Assembly (NCBI GenBank): GCA_030040625.1
Contig: JASHTI010000044.1
Coordinates: forward strand, 1-34,380
Direction of reading: 5' to 3'
Source: Thermoplasmata archaeon
GTDB lineage: Archaea; Thermoplasmatota; Thermoplasmata; Lutacidiplasmatales; UBA184
DNA: 34,380 nucleotides
Shown here: one piece after another, positions 15,495 to 25,064 of the stretch
How positions within the stretch are numbered: the stretch's first letter is position 1
Layout: each line of letters starts with the position of its first letter
The notes under the pieces: model-generated
The model's database searches: none
Told to the model about the DNA's origin: nothing
What the model saw: only the letters and a program-made list of their open reading frames with translations
Translations under genes and position numbers: made by a program

Positions 15495-16511
15495 ATGAGT
15501 GAACGGACGGGGCGGGATCGGCGCGAGCGGATCGTCGTCGCCCTCGGTGGCAACGCGATCCAGCGGGCCCACGATCATGGCACCTGGGCGGAGGCCGTTC
15601 GCCAGGTGCGGCGAACGGCCCGGGTGCTCGCTTCCCTCGTGGGGCCGGCTCGGGAGCTGATCGTCACGCACGGCAACGGCCCGCAGGTCGGCAGCCTGCT
15701 CCGCGAGGCCGAGCTCGGCGCCGCGGAGGTCCCGGTCCCCCCGATGCATGTCCTGGACGCCGAGACCGAGGGACAGCTCGGCTACCTGATCGCCGGCGAG
15801 CTCGAGGCGGCGCTTCGGCGCCGGGGCCGTCCGCGGACCGTCCTGCCGATCATCAGTCGCACGGAGGTCTCGGCGGCGGACCCGGCGTTCCGCCGACCGA
15901 CCAAGCCGGTCGGCAGGTTCTACACGGCCGAGGAGGCGCAGCGTCGCCAGCGCGACGCCGGATGGGTGATGCGCGAGGACCGGGCGCGCGGCGGCTGGCG
16001 CCGGCTGGTGCCGTCGCCGCGGCCCCGGCGCTGGCTGGAGGGACCGGCCGTTCGACGGATCCTCGACGCCGGCCTCGGCGACCGCTGTCTGTTCATCGTC
16101 GCCGGTGGGGGCGGCATCCCCGTCGTGCGCCGCGGGGACGGCTGGGTCGGGGTCGATGCGGTGATCGACAAGGATCGCGGCGCCGCGCTGGTGGCGGACG
16201 CGCTGGGAGCGGAGACGCTCGTGGTCGTCACCGACGTCCCCGGGGCGGCCGTCGGCTTCCGGACCGCACGGCCCCGCTGGCTCGGGAAGGTCCCCCGCGC
16301 GGAGCTCGCCCGCCTCGCGCGTCGCGGCGAGTTCGAAGAGGGGAGCATGGGCCCGAAAGTGGAGGCCGGCCTCACGTTCCTCACGGGGCCGCGACGGCGG
16401 TTCGCCATCACCGACCTCGGCTCGCTGCCGAAGGCGCTCGCCGGCCGCGCCGGCACCCGCGTGTGGCCCCGGTCGGCGGGCCCCCGGGCGCGACGCGCGC
16501 GGCCCAAGTAG
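15495..16511 (+). CDS. arcC: Carbamate kinase
   Basis: VVALGGNA, THGNGPQVG, DPAFRRPTKPVG, WRRLVPSP, GGGGIPV, AVIDKD, GSMGPKV. Confidence 0.95.
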   Translation: MSERTGRDRRERIVVALGGNAIQRAHDHGTWAEAVRQVRRTARVLASLVGPARELIVTHGNGPQVGSLLREAELGAAEVPVPPMHVLDAETEGQLGYLIAGELEAALRRRGRPRTVLPIISRTEVSAADPAFRRPTKPVGRFYTAEEAQRRQRDAGWVMREDRARGGWRRLVPSPRPRRWLEGPAVRRILDAGLGDRCLFIVAGGGGIPVVRRGDGWVGVDAVIDKDRGAALVADALGAETLVVVTDVPGAAVGFRTARPRWLGKVPRAELARLARRGEFEEGSMGPKVEAGLTFLTGPRRRFAITDLGSLPKALAGRAGTRVWPRSAGPRARRARPK

Positions 16512-16579
16512 TCGCCGTCAACCCCGGCTGACATCGCGGCGAGCGCGGGAGTTAACTCGGCCCGCTCGTCTGACCGGGC

Positions 16580-17503
16580 ATGGTCGCGCTGCAGCCGCTC
16601 TCGAAGATCTGGATGGACGGCGCGCTCGTGGACTGGCCGGACGCCCGGGTGCACGTGCTCACGCACGCGTTGCACTACGGCTACGCGGTCTTCGAGGGGA
16701 TCCGCTGCCACACGACATCGCGCGGTCCGGCGATCTTCCGGCTCGACGAGCACCTGGACCGCTTCCTCAACAGCGCGAAGATCTACCGGATGAAGCTCGC
16801 GTACGGCCGCGAGGAGCTTCGGCGAGCCTGCATCGACCTCGTCCGGGCGAACGGGGGGGTCGCGGCCTACCTTCGTCCGATCGCCTTCTCCGGCTACGGA
16901 GAGATGGGGCTGGACCCGACGCGCGCCCCGGTCCAGGTCGCCGTGGCGATGTGGCCCTGGGGCGCGTACCTCGGCGAAGAGGGTCAGGCGCGGGGGGTCC
17001 GATCGCTCGTCTCGAGCTGGACCCGGGTCGACTCGCGCATGCTCCCGCCGCAGGCGAAGTGCGCGGCGAACTACGCGAACTCGGCGCTGGCCAAGATGGA
17101 GGCGGTCGCCGCGGGCTACGACGAGGCGATCCTGCTGAACTCCGCGGGAATGGTCGCCGAGGGCCCCGGGGAGAACATCTTCCGCGTGAAGAACAACGTC
17201 GTGAGCACGCCACCGGCGAGCTCCGGTATCCTTCGGGGTATCACCCGAGACACGGTGATCCAGTTCCTCGCCGACGAAGGGCTGCTGTTCCGTCGGAACG
17301 ACTTCACCCGCGAGGAGCTGTTCACCTCCGACGAGGTCCTCTACACGGGGACCGCGGCCGGGATCACGCCCATCCGCGAGGTTGACGGCCGACCGATCGG
17401 CACCGGCGACTACCCGGTGACGCGGCGGCTGCAGCGCCGGTACACCGACGCGATCGAGGGGCGGCTGCCGGAGCGCGAGGCCTGGCTCACGTTCGTCCGC
17501 TAG
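16580..17503 (+). CDS. ilvE: Branched-chain amino acid aminotransferase
   Basis: HALHYGYAVFEGIR, YLRP, WGAYLG, AKCAANYANS (PLP Lys), EGPGENIF, ILRGITR, TGTAAGITP. GTTAAC box ~27 nt upstream. Confidence 0.96.
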   Translation: MVALQPLSKIWMDGALVDWPDARVHVLTHALHYGYAVFEGIRCHTTSRGPAIFRLDEHLDRFLNSAKIYRMKLAYGREELRRACIDLVRANGGVAAYLRPIAFSGYGEMGLDPTRAPVQVAVAMWPWGAYLGEEGQARGVRSLVSSWTRVDSRMLPPQAKCAANYANSALAKMEAVAAGYDEAILLNSAGMVAEGPGENIFRVKNNVVSTPPASSGILRGITRDTVIQFLADEGLLFRRNDFTREELFTSDEVLYTGTAAGITPIREVDGRPIGTGDYPVTRRLQRRYTDAIEGRLPEREAWLTFVR

Positions 17504-18251
17504 CGGGGGGATCGAACGATACCACCCCGAGCGCCGGCAGCGCTTGGTTCGCCGCGTCCAGCGATCGCTGCGTCCACTGCTCGAGCCGGGCGGCGCTCCG
17601 GGGGTCCGGGAGGAGCGCCGGCCAGGACCAGTGCAGGACGACCGCTCGACCGACGCCCACCCCCTCGAGGACGCGGGGATCGTAGGCGACGGTCCGCTCG
17701 GCGTGCCCGCGCAGGACGAGCCCGGAGGGTCCGGGGGCGAGCGTCGGGCCGGCGACCGTGAGCGCGTCGGCCCCGACGGCTCGGACCTCGGCGGCGGCGG
17801 GGCGGCACGCCTCCAGGTTCGACAGGGTCGTCGGCACGTGGCCGGTCACCGCACCGACCCCGACGTAGGCGACATGGAAGACGTGGTGCGGGAGGGGCCG
17901 CTCGGGGAGGTGCTCGGCGAGCCGCCGGGCGATCGAGGCGGGCAGGCCCCGCCCCCGCAGCGCCTCGAGGAGCCGAAGGAACCCGGGGCGGTCGACCGCC
18001 TCCAGCAGCTCGTTGCCGAGCCAGTACGCCGCCACGACCTCGGGGTCGAACGGGTCCCGTCCGGTGGCGCTCCCGATCGCCTCCAGGTACGGCATGAGCG
18101 CCTCGAATCGGGCGAGCGCCGCACGTGCGGCCGGCGAGCCACGGCCGCTCGTGATCGCCGCGTAGAGCGCCGGCTCCGCGTCCTCCGGGCCGCAGTAGCG
18201 CAGCCGGTTGGTCGCGATCGAGAAGCGAGCGCAGAGGGCGACGCCGTCCAT
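17487..18251 (-). CDS. DUF6390-like hydrogenase-cluster-associated protein
   Basis: 'NRLRYCGP', 'PYLEAI', 'DPFDPEVVAAYWLGN', 'PHHVFHV', 'LEACR', 'VLHWSW'; last gene of the hydrogenase operon. Confidence 0.78.
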   Translation of the reverse strand: MDGVALCARFSIATNRLRYCGPEDAEPALYAAITSGRGSPAARAALARFEALMPYLEAIGSATGRDPFDPEVVAAYWLGNELLEAVDRPGFLRLLEALRGRGLPASIARRLAEHLPERPLPHHVFHVAYVGVGAVTGHVPTTLSNLEACRPAAAEVRAVGADALTVAGPTLAPGPSGLVLRGHAERTVAYDPRVLEGVGVGRAVVLHWSWPALLPDPRSAARLEQWTQRSLDAANQALPALGVVSFDPPASGRT

Positions 18252-18252
18252 G

Positions 18253-19206
18253 CTAGCCGCGCCACGGCCGCGGGGTCCGGCCGAGCAGCAGATCGCGGAC
18301 CGCGACGAGGTGGGGGGAACCGAGCGCCACGAGGACCCCGCCGACGACCACCACCGCCCCCACCGCCGCGAGCGGCGGGACGACCGCGTGGCTCACCGTT
18401 AGGTCGAGCGCCCAGGAGATCGGGAACCCGAGGACGAGCACGCTGGAGGCGACGCCCAGCTCCACCCGGGCGAGCCCCGGATACCAGGTGAGCACGAAGG
18501 CGGCGAGCAGCGCGGCGCTGATCCCGACCCACATCCACTCGGCGGGGGAGTAGCTCACGACCGTTCCCCAACCGCCGAGGGCCAGGAGGTACGCCGAGAG
18601 GAACACCGCGCCGAACCCCATCCGCCCGAGGGCGACGACCGATCCGCGCAGCCGGCGCAGCGCGTGCTTGGAGACCGTGTACTCGGCGGCCCAGAGGAGG
18701 GTCGCCGCCAGCACGTAGGCCGAGCCGTCGGTCCAGATCGGCGACAGGAGCGAGAGCAGGAGCAGATTGCCGCCCAGGATGAGCGCGGCCGCGAGGGCGA
18801 GACGCGGATGGGCCCGCTCTCGCAGCGCGACGATCCCGAAGACGGTGGCGAAGATGAACAGCGTCCGGTAGACGAACGAGGCGGTCAGGGTGCCGTGCGC
18901 CGCGGTCGCCAACTGCAGCCCCCGGAAGAAGAGGACGAACGGCACCGCTCCCCCGATCAGCCCGATGACCGCGAGGGTGCCGAGGTCCCGGGGACGGAGC
19001 GAGGAGCCGGAGCCCACGAGGGCGAGCGCGCCGAACGGTAGGACGACCGCCGCGACCGCGAGGTTTCGGATCGTCACGAACGCGGTCGAACCGGTCCCGG
19101 CGACCGCGTAGCCGTTGACGAAGGTGGAGACGCCGCTGATCACGGCGGTCGCGAGCACGAGCAGCACGCCCGCCCCGAGCGCCCCGCGTCCGCCCAGATC
19201 GCTCAT
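18253..19206 (-). CDS. DMT/EamA-family transporter
   Basis: ~10 TM, duplicated EamA repeat; start overlaps the hypC stop. Confidence 0.85.
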   Translation of the reverse strand: MSDLGGRGALGAGVLLVLATAVISGVSTFVNGYAVAGTGSTAFVTIRNLAVAAVVLPFGALALVGSGSSLRPRDLGTLAVIGLIGGAVPFVLFFRGLQLATAAHGTLTASFVYRTLFIFATVFGIVALRERAHPRLALAAALILGGNLLLLSLLSPIWTDGSAYVLAATLLWAAEYTVSKHALRRLRGSVVALGRMGFGAVFLSAYLLALGGWGTVVSYSPAEWMWVGISAALLAAFVLTWYPGLARVELGVASSVLVLGFPISWALDLTVSHAVVPPLAAVGAVVVVGGVLVALGSPHLVAVRDLLLGRTPRPWRG

Positions 19207-19502
19207 CGGGGTCCGTCCTCCGGAGCCGACGGATCCCGGGTCCCCGGGCCCTCCCGGCCCGTCGCCGTCCCTGTCGGGGCGACCGTCACCGACTCGAGCA
19301 ACCCCAGCGCCTCCCGGGCCTCGGCCTCCGACAGGCGGCGGTAGACGAAGCCGGCCTGTACCAGCACCCAGTCGCCGACCTGCGCTTCGGGGAGGTAGAC
19401 GAGCTGGGCTCGCCGTCGGCTTGCGCCATACTCGATCTCGGCGACGGGGACGCCCCCCTCGTCATGGACGGCGACCAGGCGTCCGGGGATCGCGAGGCAC
19501 AT
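19203..19502 (-). CDS. hypC: Hydrogenase maturation chaperone HypC/HupF
   Basis: MCLAIPG, VGDWVLVQAGF, EAEAREAL. Confidence 0.92.
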   Translation of the reverse strand: MCLAIPGRLVAVHDEGGVPVAEIEYGASRRRAQLVYLPEAQVGDWVLVQAGFVYRRLSEAEAREALGLLESVTVAPTGTATGREGPGTRDPSAPEDGPR

Positions 19503-19511
19503 CGGCGGACC

Positions 19512-19817
19512 TCACCCGTCCCGAACGGAAGAAGGCGGCGACGGCCGCACGGCCGCCGGTCCAAAGGTAACGGTACGCAGCAGCAGGGAGGCCGCGCGAG
19601 GGTCGGTCGGGGACGGCAGCAGCTCGACCTCGAGGACGGCCGCTTCGGCGGGGCCCCCGGCCATCGCCCGGGCCCAGAGCTGCCGGAGCCGGGGCTCATC
19701 GACGTGGGCGAGCGGCCCCAGCGCCACCGAGGCACGAAGGATCGCTGCTCCGCCCGCGCCGCGGGAGAGCTCTTCGACCTTACGGCGCAGGTCGCGCATG
19801 AGCGCCTCTTCGTGCAT
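19512..19817 (-). CDS. hypA: Short HypA-like nickel chaperone lacking the Zn finger
   Basis: MHE nickel-binding N-terminus, 'VALGPLAHVD', 'AEAAVLEVE'; no cysteines at all. Confidence 0.8.
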   Translation of the reverse strand: MHEEALMRDLRRKVEELSRGAGGAAILRASVALGPLAHVDEPRLRQLWARAMAGGPAEAAVLEVELLPSPTDPRAASLLLRTVTFGPAAVRPSPPSSVRDG

Positions 19818-19820
19818 CGC

Positions 19821-20303
19821 TCACCCCGTCTCCGTCGGCCACGCTTGCAGCTCGCGGACGATCGCCTCGGCCGCCCGCGGCACCCCGGCGGCGACCTCCT
19901 CGCTCAGCGTCGGTCCGAAGCCGAGCTCTCCGGCCTCGATCAGATACACGACCAGCCGGCGCGGCGCCCGGCCGAGCTCGACGGCGAGGGCATAGGCGTC
20001 CGGCAGCGAGAGCGCGTGCGACGAGGTCGACGGGCCGATCGGCGCCCGGGCGAGCGCCGCGCCCTCGAGGCGAAGTACGCTCCCGGCGGTGGCGCCGGTG
20101 CGGCCGGCGTCCACCACGATCGCCGGCGCGGCGTCGCTCCAGAGCTCCAGCAGCTGCAACGGCTCGGCGACCCGCTCGACGAGCGCGACGGAGGGGGAGA
20201 GGCGTCCCCGCAGCGCCCGAACCACGCGCGGCCCGCATCCGTCGTCCCGGCGGGCGGGCTCCCCGAGGCCGAGGACCATCGGTCGGCCGGCGGGGGTGCT
20301 CAT
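19821..20303 (-). CDS. Hydrogenase maturation endopeptidase (HyaD/HycI/HoxW family)
   Basis: VLGLGE..RRDDGCG, IVVDA, SSHAL, LSEEV; ATG overlaps the large-subunit stop. Confidence 0.9.
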   Translation of the reverse strand: MSTPAGRPMVLGLGEPARRDDGCGPRVVRALRGRLSPSVALVERVAEPLQLLELWSDAAPAIVVDAGRTGATAGSVLRLEGAALARAPIGPSTSSHALSLPDAYALAVELGRAPRRLVVYLIEAGELGFGPTLSEEVAAGVPRAAEAIVRELQAWPTETG

Positions 20304-21604
20304 GCCGCGCCCTCGCGCCGGAGGTCCAAGCGAAGGAAGTGCGTGGCGCAGGAGATGCAGGGGTCGTGGTTGCGGATCGCCTTCTCGCAGGCGTCCGCGA
20401 TCCCGGCGTCGTCCCGGTCGACGGAGCGCCGCACGACGCCGCGGAGGTCGTCCTCGATCCGCATCTGGTTCTGCGAGGTCGGCGCCACGATCCGAGCCTC
20501 CTCGATGCGGCCGTCGGCCCCGAGGCGGTAGCGGTGGTACAGCATCCCGCGCGGCGCCTCGGTGATCGCCGCACCGGTGCCGCCGGACACGCGATCGGGG
20601 GCGGCCACCCAGGCCCGCTCGGGAGGCTGGTAGCGGTCCAGCAGGCGGAGCGCCTCCTCGCACGCGAAAAGGATCTCCACGGCCCGGACCTGGATCGACC
20701 GGTACGGGTTCCGCACCTCGCGACCGAGGCCGGCGTGCCGCGCGGCCGAGGCCGCCCGGGGGGTGAGCCGATCCGAGTTCAGGCTGTACCGGGCGAGCGG
20801 CCCGACCAGGTACGAACCGCCGCCGCGACGACGGCAATGCAGGGCGTGGGAGTGGGCGACCTGGACCTCCTCGAACTCGCGTTCGAAGTCCGCGGCGTCC
20901 AGCGAGAGCCCGGCGCTGGAGGTGATCCGTCCCTCGTTCATCGGATACTCCTCGGGGTGGCGGAGCGCGACGAACTCGTACGGTTCGTCGACGTCCGGGT
21001 AGGCGAGCTCCTCCGTGAAGCGGACGGTCGCCTCGGCGAGGTCGATCGCCGACCGAAGGGTCGTGCGCAGCGCCCCGAGCTCCTCCGTCGACGGGAGACG
21101 GTAGAACCCGCCGACGCGCACGTTCACCGGGTGGATCTCTCGCCCCCCGAGGACCGAGAGGACGGTGTTGCCGGCCTTCTTCAGCGCGAGCCCCTGCCGG
21201 ACGAGCTCCGGCCGCTCCTTGGCGAGGCGCACGGCGTCCGGGAGCCCCAGGAAGTCGGGGGCGTGGAGCAGGTAGAGGTGCAGGGCGTGGCTCTCGATCC
21301 ACTCGCCGCAGTACAGCACCCGCCGGAGGTCCCGGAGGGCTCCGTCGACGCGGATCCCGAGCGCCCGCTCGACCGCGTGGCAGGCGCTCATCTGGTAGGC
21401 GACCGGGCAGATCCCGCAGATCCGCGCGGTGATGTCCGGCGCCTCGCCGTACATCCTCCCGCGCAGCAGCGCCTCGAAGAAGCGGGGCGGCTCGAAGATG
21501 CGCAGTTCGATCTCCGCCACCTCGCGTCCCGCGAGCCGAACCCGCAACGCCCCCTCCCCCTCCACCCGGGCGAGGTAGTCGACGGCGATCGTCCGCTCCG
21601 TCAC
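20300..21604 (-). CDS. hydA: Group 3b [NiFe]-hydrogenase large (alpha) subunit
   Basis: ARVEGEG, EPPRFFE, L1 RICGICP, ESHALH, EAPRG, L2 DPCISCATH followed by a cleavable tail; GTG start at 21604. Confidence 0.95.
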   Translation of the reverse strand: MTERTIAVDYLARVEGEGALRVRLAGREVAEIELRIFEPPRFFEALLRGRMYGEAPDITARICGICPVAYQMSACHAVERALGIRVDGALRDLRRVLYCGEWIESHALHLYLLHAPDFLGLPDAVRLAKERPELVRQGLALKKAGNTVLSVLGGREIHPVNVRVGGFYRLPSTEELGALRTTLRSAIDLAEATVRFTEELAYPDVDEPYEFVALRHPEEYPMNEGRITSSAGLSLDAADFEREFEEVQVAHSHALHCRRRGGGSYLVGPLARYSLNSDRLTPRAASAARHAGLGREVRNPYRSIQVRAVEILFACEEALRLLDRYQPPERAWVAAPDRVSGGTGAAITEAPRGMLYHRYRLGADGRIEEARIVAPTSQNQMRIEDDLRGVVRRSVDRDDAGIADACEKAIRNHDPCISCATHFLRLDLRREGAA

Positions 21605-22398
21605 GGGGCGCCTCCGGCCGGGGCGGCGGCGGACTCGGAGGCCTCGCGGAAGGCGGGGGCCGCGGCGTTGAACGTCCGGAAGACCCGCTGGACATCCGCC
21701 GGGGCGAGGCCGAGCTCGCGGAGCCGGCGCACGAGGGAGGGGGCGTTCGGCGTGTCCTGCGGGCCGAAGCAGCCGTAGCAGCCGCGGTGGTACGCCGGGC
21801 AGATCGCCCCGCAGCCGGTCTGGGTCACCGGGCCGAGGCACGGGGTCCCGTGCGCGACCACGACGCAGACGTTGCCGCGGCGTTTGCACTCCCCGCAGAC
21901 GCTTTCGGTCGGGACGTTCGGGGCACGGTCCCCGAGGAACGCCGAGATCACCTCGAGAAGCTGGCCTTTGTTGATCGGGCAGCCGCGGAGCTCGAAGTCG
22001 ACCGGAACGTGCGCCGAGATCGGCGTCGAGGTCGCGAGCGTCGCGATGTACTCCGGCCGGGCGTAGACGGCCCGCGCGAACTCCGCGACGTCCCCGAAGT
22101 TCCGGAGCGCCTGGATCCCCCCGGCCGTCGCGCAGGCGCCGATCGTTAGGAGGAAGCGCGCCTCCGCCCGCACCTGGCGTACGAGCTCGAGGTCGTGCGG
22201 GGTCGTCACGGAGCCCTCCACGATCGCCAGGTCGTACGGCCCCTCCACCGTAGCGCTGGACGCCTCGCGGAACAGGGCGATCTCGACCGCCCCGGCGACG
22301 GCGAGCAGCTCGTCCTCGCAGTCGAGCAAGGTCAGCTGGCAGCCGTCGCACGAGGCGAACTTGTAGACCGCCACGCGGGGACGGGGGACCCGCGGCAT
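21601..22398 (-). CDS. hydD: Group 3b [NiFe]-hydrogenase small (delta) subunit
   Basis: [41 protein letters not shown]...RGCYGCFGP. Confidence 0.95.
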   Translation of the reverse strand: MPRVPRPRVAVYKFASCDGCQLTLLDCEDELLAVAGAVEIALFREASSATVEGPYDLAIVEGSVTTPHDLELVRQVRAEARFLLTIGACATAGGIQALRNFGDVAEFARAVYARPEYIATLATSTPISAHVPVDFELRGCPINKGQLLEVISAFLGDRAPNVPTESVCGECKRRGNVCVVVAHGTPCLGPVTQTGCGAICPAYHRGCYGCFGPQDTPNAPSLVRRLRELGLAPADVQRVFRTFNAAAPAFREASESAAAPAGGAP

Positions 22399-22399
22399 G

Positions 22400-23263
22400 C
22401 TACAGCTCCCGAACGCCGAGGTACGGCGCGATCCGCGCGTACGGAAGGACCGGACCGTCGCGGCAGACGAACTCCGGACCGAACTGGCAGTGGCCGCAGA
22501 AGCCGACGGCGCACTTCATGTTCCGCTCCATCGACAGGAAGATCGCCTCGGCGGGGACGCCCCGCTCGAGCAGCGCCTTCGCCGTGAACCGCATCATCAC
22601 CTCCGGGCCGCAGACGAACGCGACGGTGTTCGCCGGATCGAAGCGTGCATCCGGCAGCCGGGTCGTGACGACGCCGACGTCGCCGTACCAGTCCCGTCCG
22701 GCGGCGTCGACGGTCACCTGGAACCGAAGGTCGCTCCGCGCGCGCCAGCGCTGGATCTCCTCGTAGAAGACCAAGCTCTTCGGCGTCCGGGCCCCGTAGA
22801 CGACCTCGATCCGCCCGAATCGCTCCCGCTCGGCGAGCAGCCGATAGAGCAGCGGTCGAAGCGGCGGCAGGCCGAGGCCTCCGGCCGCGAGCACCACATC
22901 GCGGCCGACCGCTCGCTCGAGGGGCCAGCCGTTCCCGTACGGCCCGCGAACGCCGACGCAGCTGCCCGGGGGCGCGGCGAACAGCGCCCGGCTCGTCGCC
23001 CCCAGCGCCTGCACCGTGTGCACGAGCGCACCGTCCGGGGCGCCGGAGATCGAGATCGCGGCCTCGCCGATCCCGAAGGCGTACAGCATGTTGAACTGCC
23101 CGGGAGCGGACGACGGGGTGACGGCGCCATCGACCGGGGCGAGGACGAGGGTCGCGATGTCCGCCGTCTCCTCGGTGCGGCTCCGCACGCGGTACGGCAC
23201 CGGGGCGTACGGGCCCGCCGGCCCGACCGGAAGGCCCCCCGAGGTCGCCCGTTCAGAGGACAT
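22400..23263 (-). CDS. hydG: Group 3b hydrogenase gamma subunit (FAD/NAD(P)-binding, 2Fe-2S)
   Basis: [54 protein letters not shown]...CRDGP. Confidence 0.93.
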   Translation of the reverse strand: MSSERATSGGLPVGPAGPYAPVPYRVRSRTEETADIATLVLAPVDGAVTPSSAPGQFNMLYAFGIGEAAISISGAPDGALVHTVQALGATSRALFAAPPGSCVGVRGPYGNGWPLERAVGRDVVLAAGGLGLPPLRPLLYRLLAERERFGRIEVVYGARTPKSLVFYEEIQRWRARSDLRFQVTVDAAGRDWYGDVGVVTTRLPDARFDPANTVAFVCGPEVMMRFTAKALLERGVPAEAIFLSMERNMKCAVGFCGHCQFGPEFVCRDGPVLPYARIAPYLGVREL

Positions 23264-23723
23264 CGGCCTCCAGCAGCTGGACCCGGAGGCCGTGGAGCCG
23301 GCCGGCGAGGACCGGTAGAAGGCGCAGCAGGAACGCGTAGCCCTCCTCGGGGTGCGCGGCGAGCCGCTCCCGCAGGACCGCGGCGTTGACCGCGACGACC
23401 TGCGTCGGCTTGGAGGCGATCGCGTCGAGGGTCCAACGGTGCGGGGAGAGGAGCCAGGACCAGCCGAGGACCTCCCCCGGCCCGACCGTCTGGACCGTCA
23501 GTCGCGCCCGGTCGGCCGCGAACACCTCGAGAGCCACCTTCCCCTGTTCGACCGCGATGAACTCCTCGGCGTCCCGCCCCTCGCGGAGGAGGAACTCTCC
23601 GACGCGGTAGCTCCGGAGGGCGGCTGCGCCCGCCGCCGCGCGAACGAGCCCGGCCGGGAGTCCGCGGAAGAACTCGTGGGCCTCCAGGCGGGCGATCCGC
23701 GCGGTCGGGGACTCCGTGCTCAC
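23253..23723 (-). CDS. Stand-alone cyclic-nucleotide-binding (CAP/Crp-like) domain protein, no HTH
   Basis: 'EFLLREG.DA..F..V..GKV', '[11 protein letters not shown]'; GTG start overlaps the hydB stop. Confidence 0.88.
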   Translation of the reverse strand: MSTESPTARIARLEAHEFFRGLPAGLVRAAAGAAALRSYRVGEFLLREGRDAEEFIAVEQGKVALEVFAADRARLTVQTVGPGEVLGWSWLLSPHRWTLDAIASKPTQVVAVNAAVLRERLAAHPEEGYAFLLRLLPVLAGRLHGLRVQLLEADVL

Positions 23724-24880
23724 GGACTCCTCCGCGCAGGTCCGCTCGCCCCGGGCGTCGCCCGGATCGCCGCGACCTCCTCGGTGATGTCGATGCCGAC
23801 GGGGCACCAGGTGATGCAACGGCCGCAGCCGACGCAGCCGGAACTATCGAACTGGTCGTGCCAGCTGGCGAGCTTGTGGGTCATCCACTGCCGGTAGCGG
23901 GAGGACGTCGACTTCCGAACCGGGGCGTGGTGGAGCTCGGAGAACGCGCTGTTGAAGCAGGAGTCCCACCGCCGCCACCGCTCGACCTTCGCCCCGGAGA
24001 GGTCCGGCACCTCCTCGCTCGAGCTGCAGAAGCAGGTCGGGCAGGCCAGCGTGCAGTTGGTGCACGCCAGGCAGCGCTCGGCGACCAACTGCCACCGCGG
24101 ATGTTCCGGGTTCCCGAGCAAGAGGTCGCGGAGCCCGGCGGGATCCAGGCGACGTCCCATCGCGCCCGCGGCCGACTCGACCCGCGCCGCGGCGGCGCGC
24201 GCGTCCTCGTCCGTCGCCGGCCGTGTCGGTACCCCGGCGAGGATCGCCGCGCCCCGCTCGCTCCCGGCCCGGATCAGGAACTCGTGGCGTTCGGGCGAGA
24301 GCAGTTCGGTGAGGATCAGGTCGGCGGAACCCCCCCGCACCGCGGGGCCGGTTCCCATCGACGTGCAGAAACAGGTCGCGCCGGCCTGCCCGCACTCGAC
24401 GGCGATGCGCAGGCAGGCCTGCCGACGGGCGTGGTACCCCGGGTCCGGAACGCGCCCGTCGAAAACGCGGTCCTGGATCGCGACGGCGGCGAGCTCGCAG
24501 CCGCGCATGCCGAGGAAGGCGAGCGGCGCCTCGTCGCGGGGCTCCGCCTGGACGGTGAAGCCGCCGTCGGCGGTTCCCGTCGCCGAGAACAGTCGCTCCC
24601 GGGCCGGAAAGAGGTACTTCTTCCAGCTGTGCGGGCCGACATTGTAGCCGAAGAGCGCGGCGTCGTCGCGGCGCTCCAACCGGTACGTACCGGCTTCCTG
24701 GCGGTCCGTCCACCCGATGGGCAGATCCTCGACCCGCGCGATCTCACCGTAGACGATCGCGCCGTCCCGAATCGTCGGGCCGACGATCCGGTAGCCGGCG
24801 GCGCGGATCGCCTCCAGGAGCCGTGGGAAGGCCTCCCGCGAGAGCACGCTTGCGCTCGACCCACCGGCTGTCTCCATCAT
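23720..24880 (-). CDS. hydB: Group 3b hydrogenase beta subunit (4Fe-4S dicluster, AsrA-like)
   Basis: [61 protein letters not shown]. Start uncertain (24877-24895). Confidence 0.93.
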   Translation of the reverse strand: MMETAGGSSASVLSREAFPRLLEAIRAAGYRIVGPTIRDGAIVYGEIARVEDLPIGWTDRQEAGTYRLERRDDAALFGYNVGPHSWKKYLFPARERLFSATGTADGGFTVQAEPRDEAPLAFLGMRGCELAAVAIQDRVFDGRVPDPGYHARRQACLRIAVECGQAGATCFCTSMGTGPAVRGGSADLILTELLSPERHEFLIRAGSERGAAILAGVPTRPATDEDARAAAARVESAAGAMGRRLDPAGLRDLLLGNPEHPRWQLVAERCLACTNCTLACPTCFCSSSEEVPDLSGAKVERWRRWDSCFNSAFSELHHAPVRKSTSSRYRQWMTHKLASWHDQFDSSGCVGCGRCITWCPVGIDITEEVAAIRATPGASGPARRSP

Positions 24881-25064
24881 CGCCCTCCGCTGCATTGCGG
24901 CCCGCGGAGCCGGCCGCCGTCCGAGGGAACGGACGCGGTCAAAAGAGGGTTTGGTCGAGGGGACTTTACCCCCCGTTTCGGGAGCGACCCCGAGCGGACC
25001 GCCGGCGGCCGTCAGGCCCACTTCACCCCGGCTTCATCGGCTCTCGGCCCGGTCCCCGGTTCGC

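Noticed and set aside
20300-21604. Selenocysteine [NiFeSe] hydrogenase or HesB-like selenoprotein
   Set aside because: L2 is DPCISC with Cys codons; no in-frame TGA in the hydrogenase or HesB-like genes.
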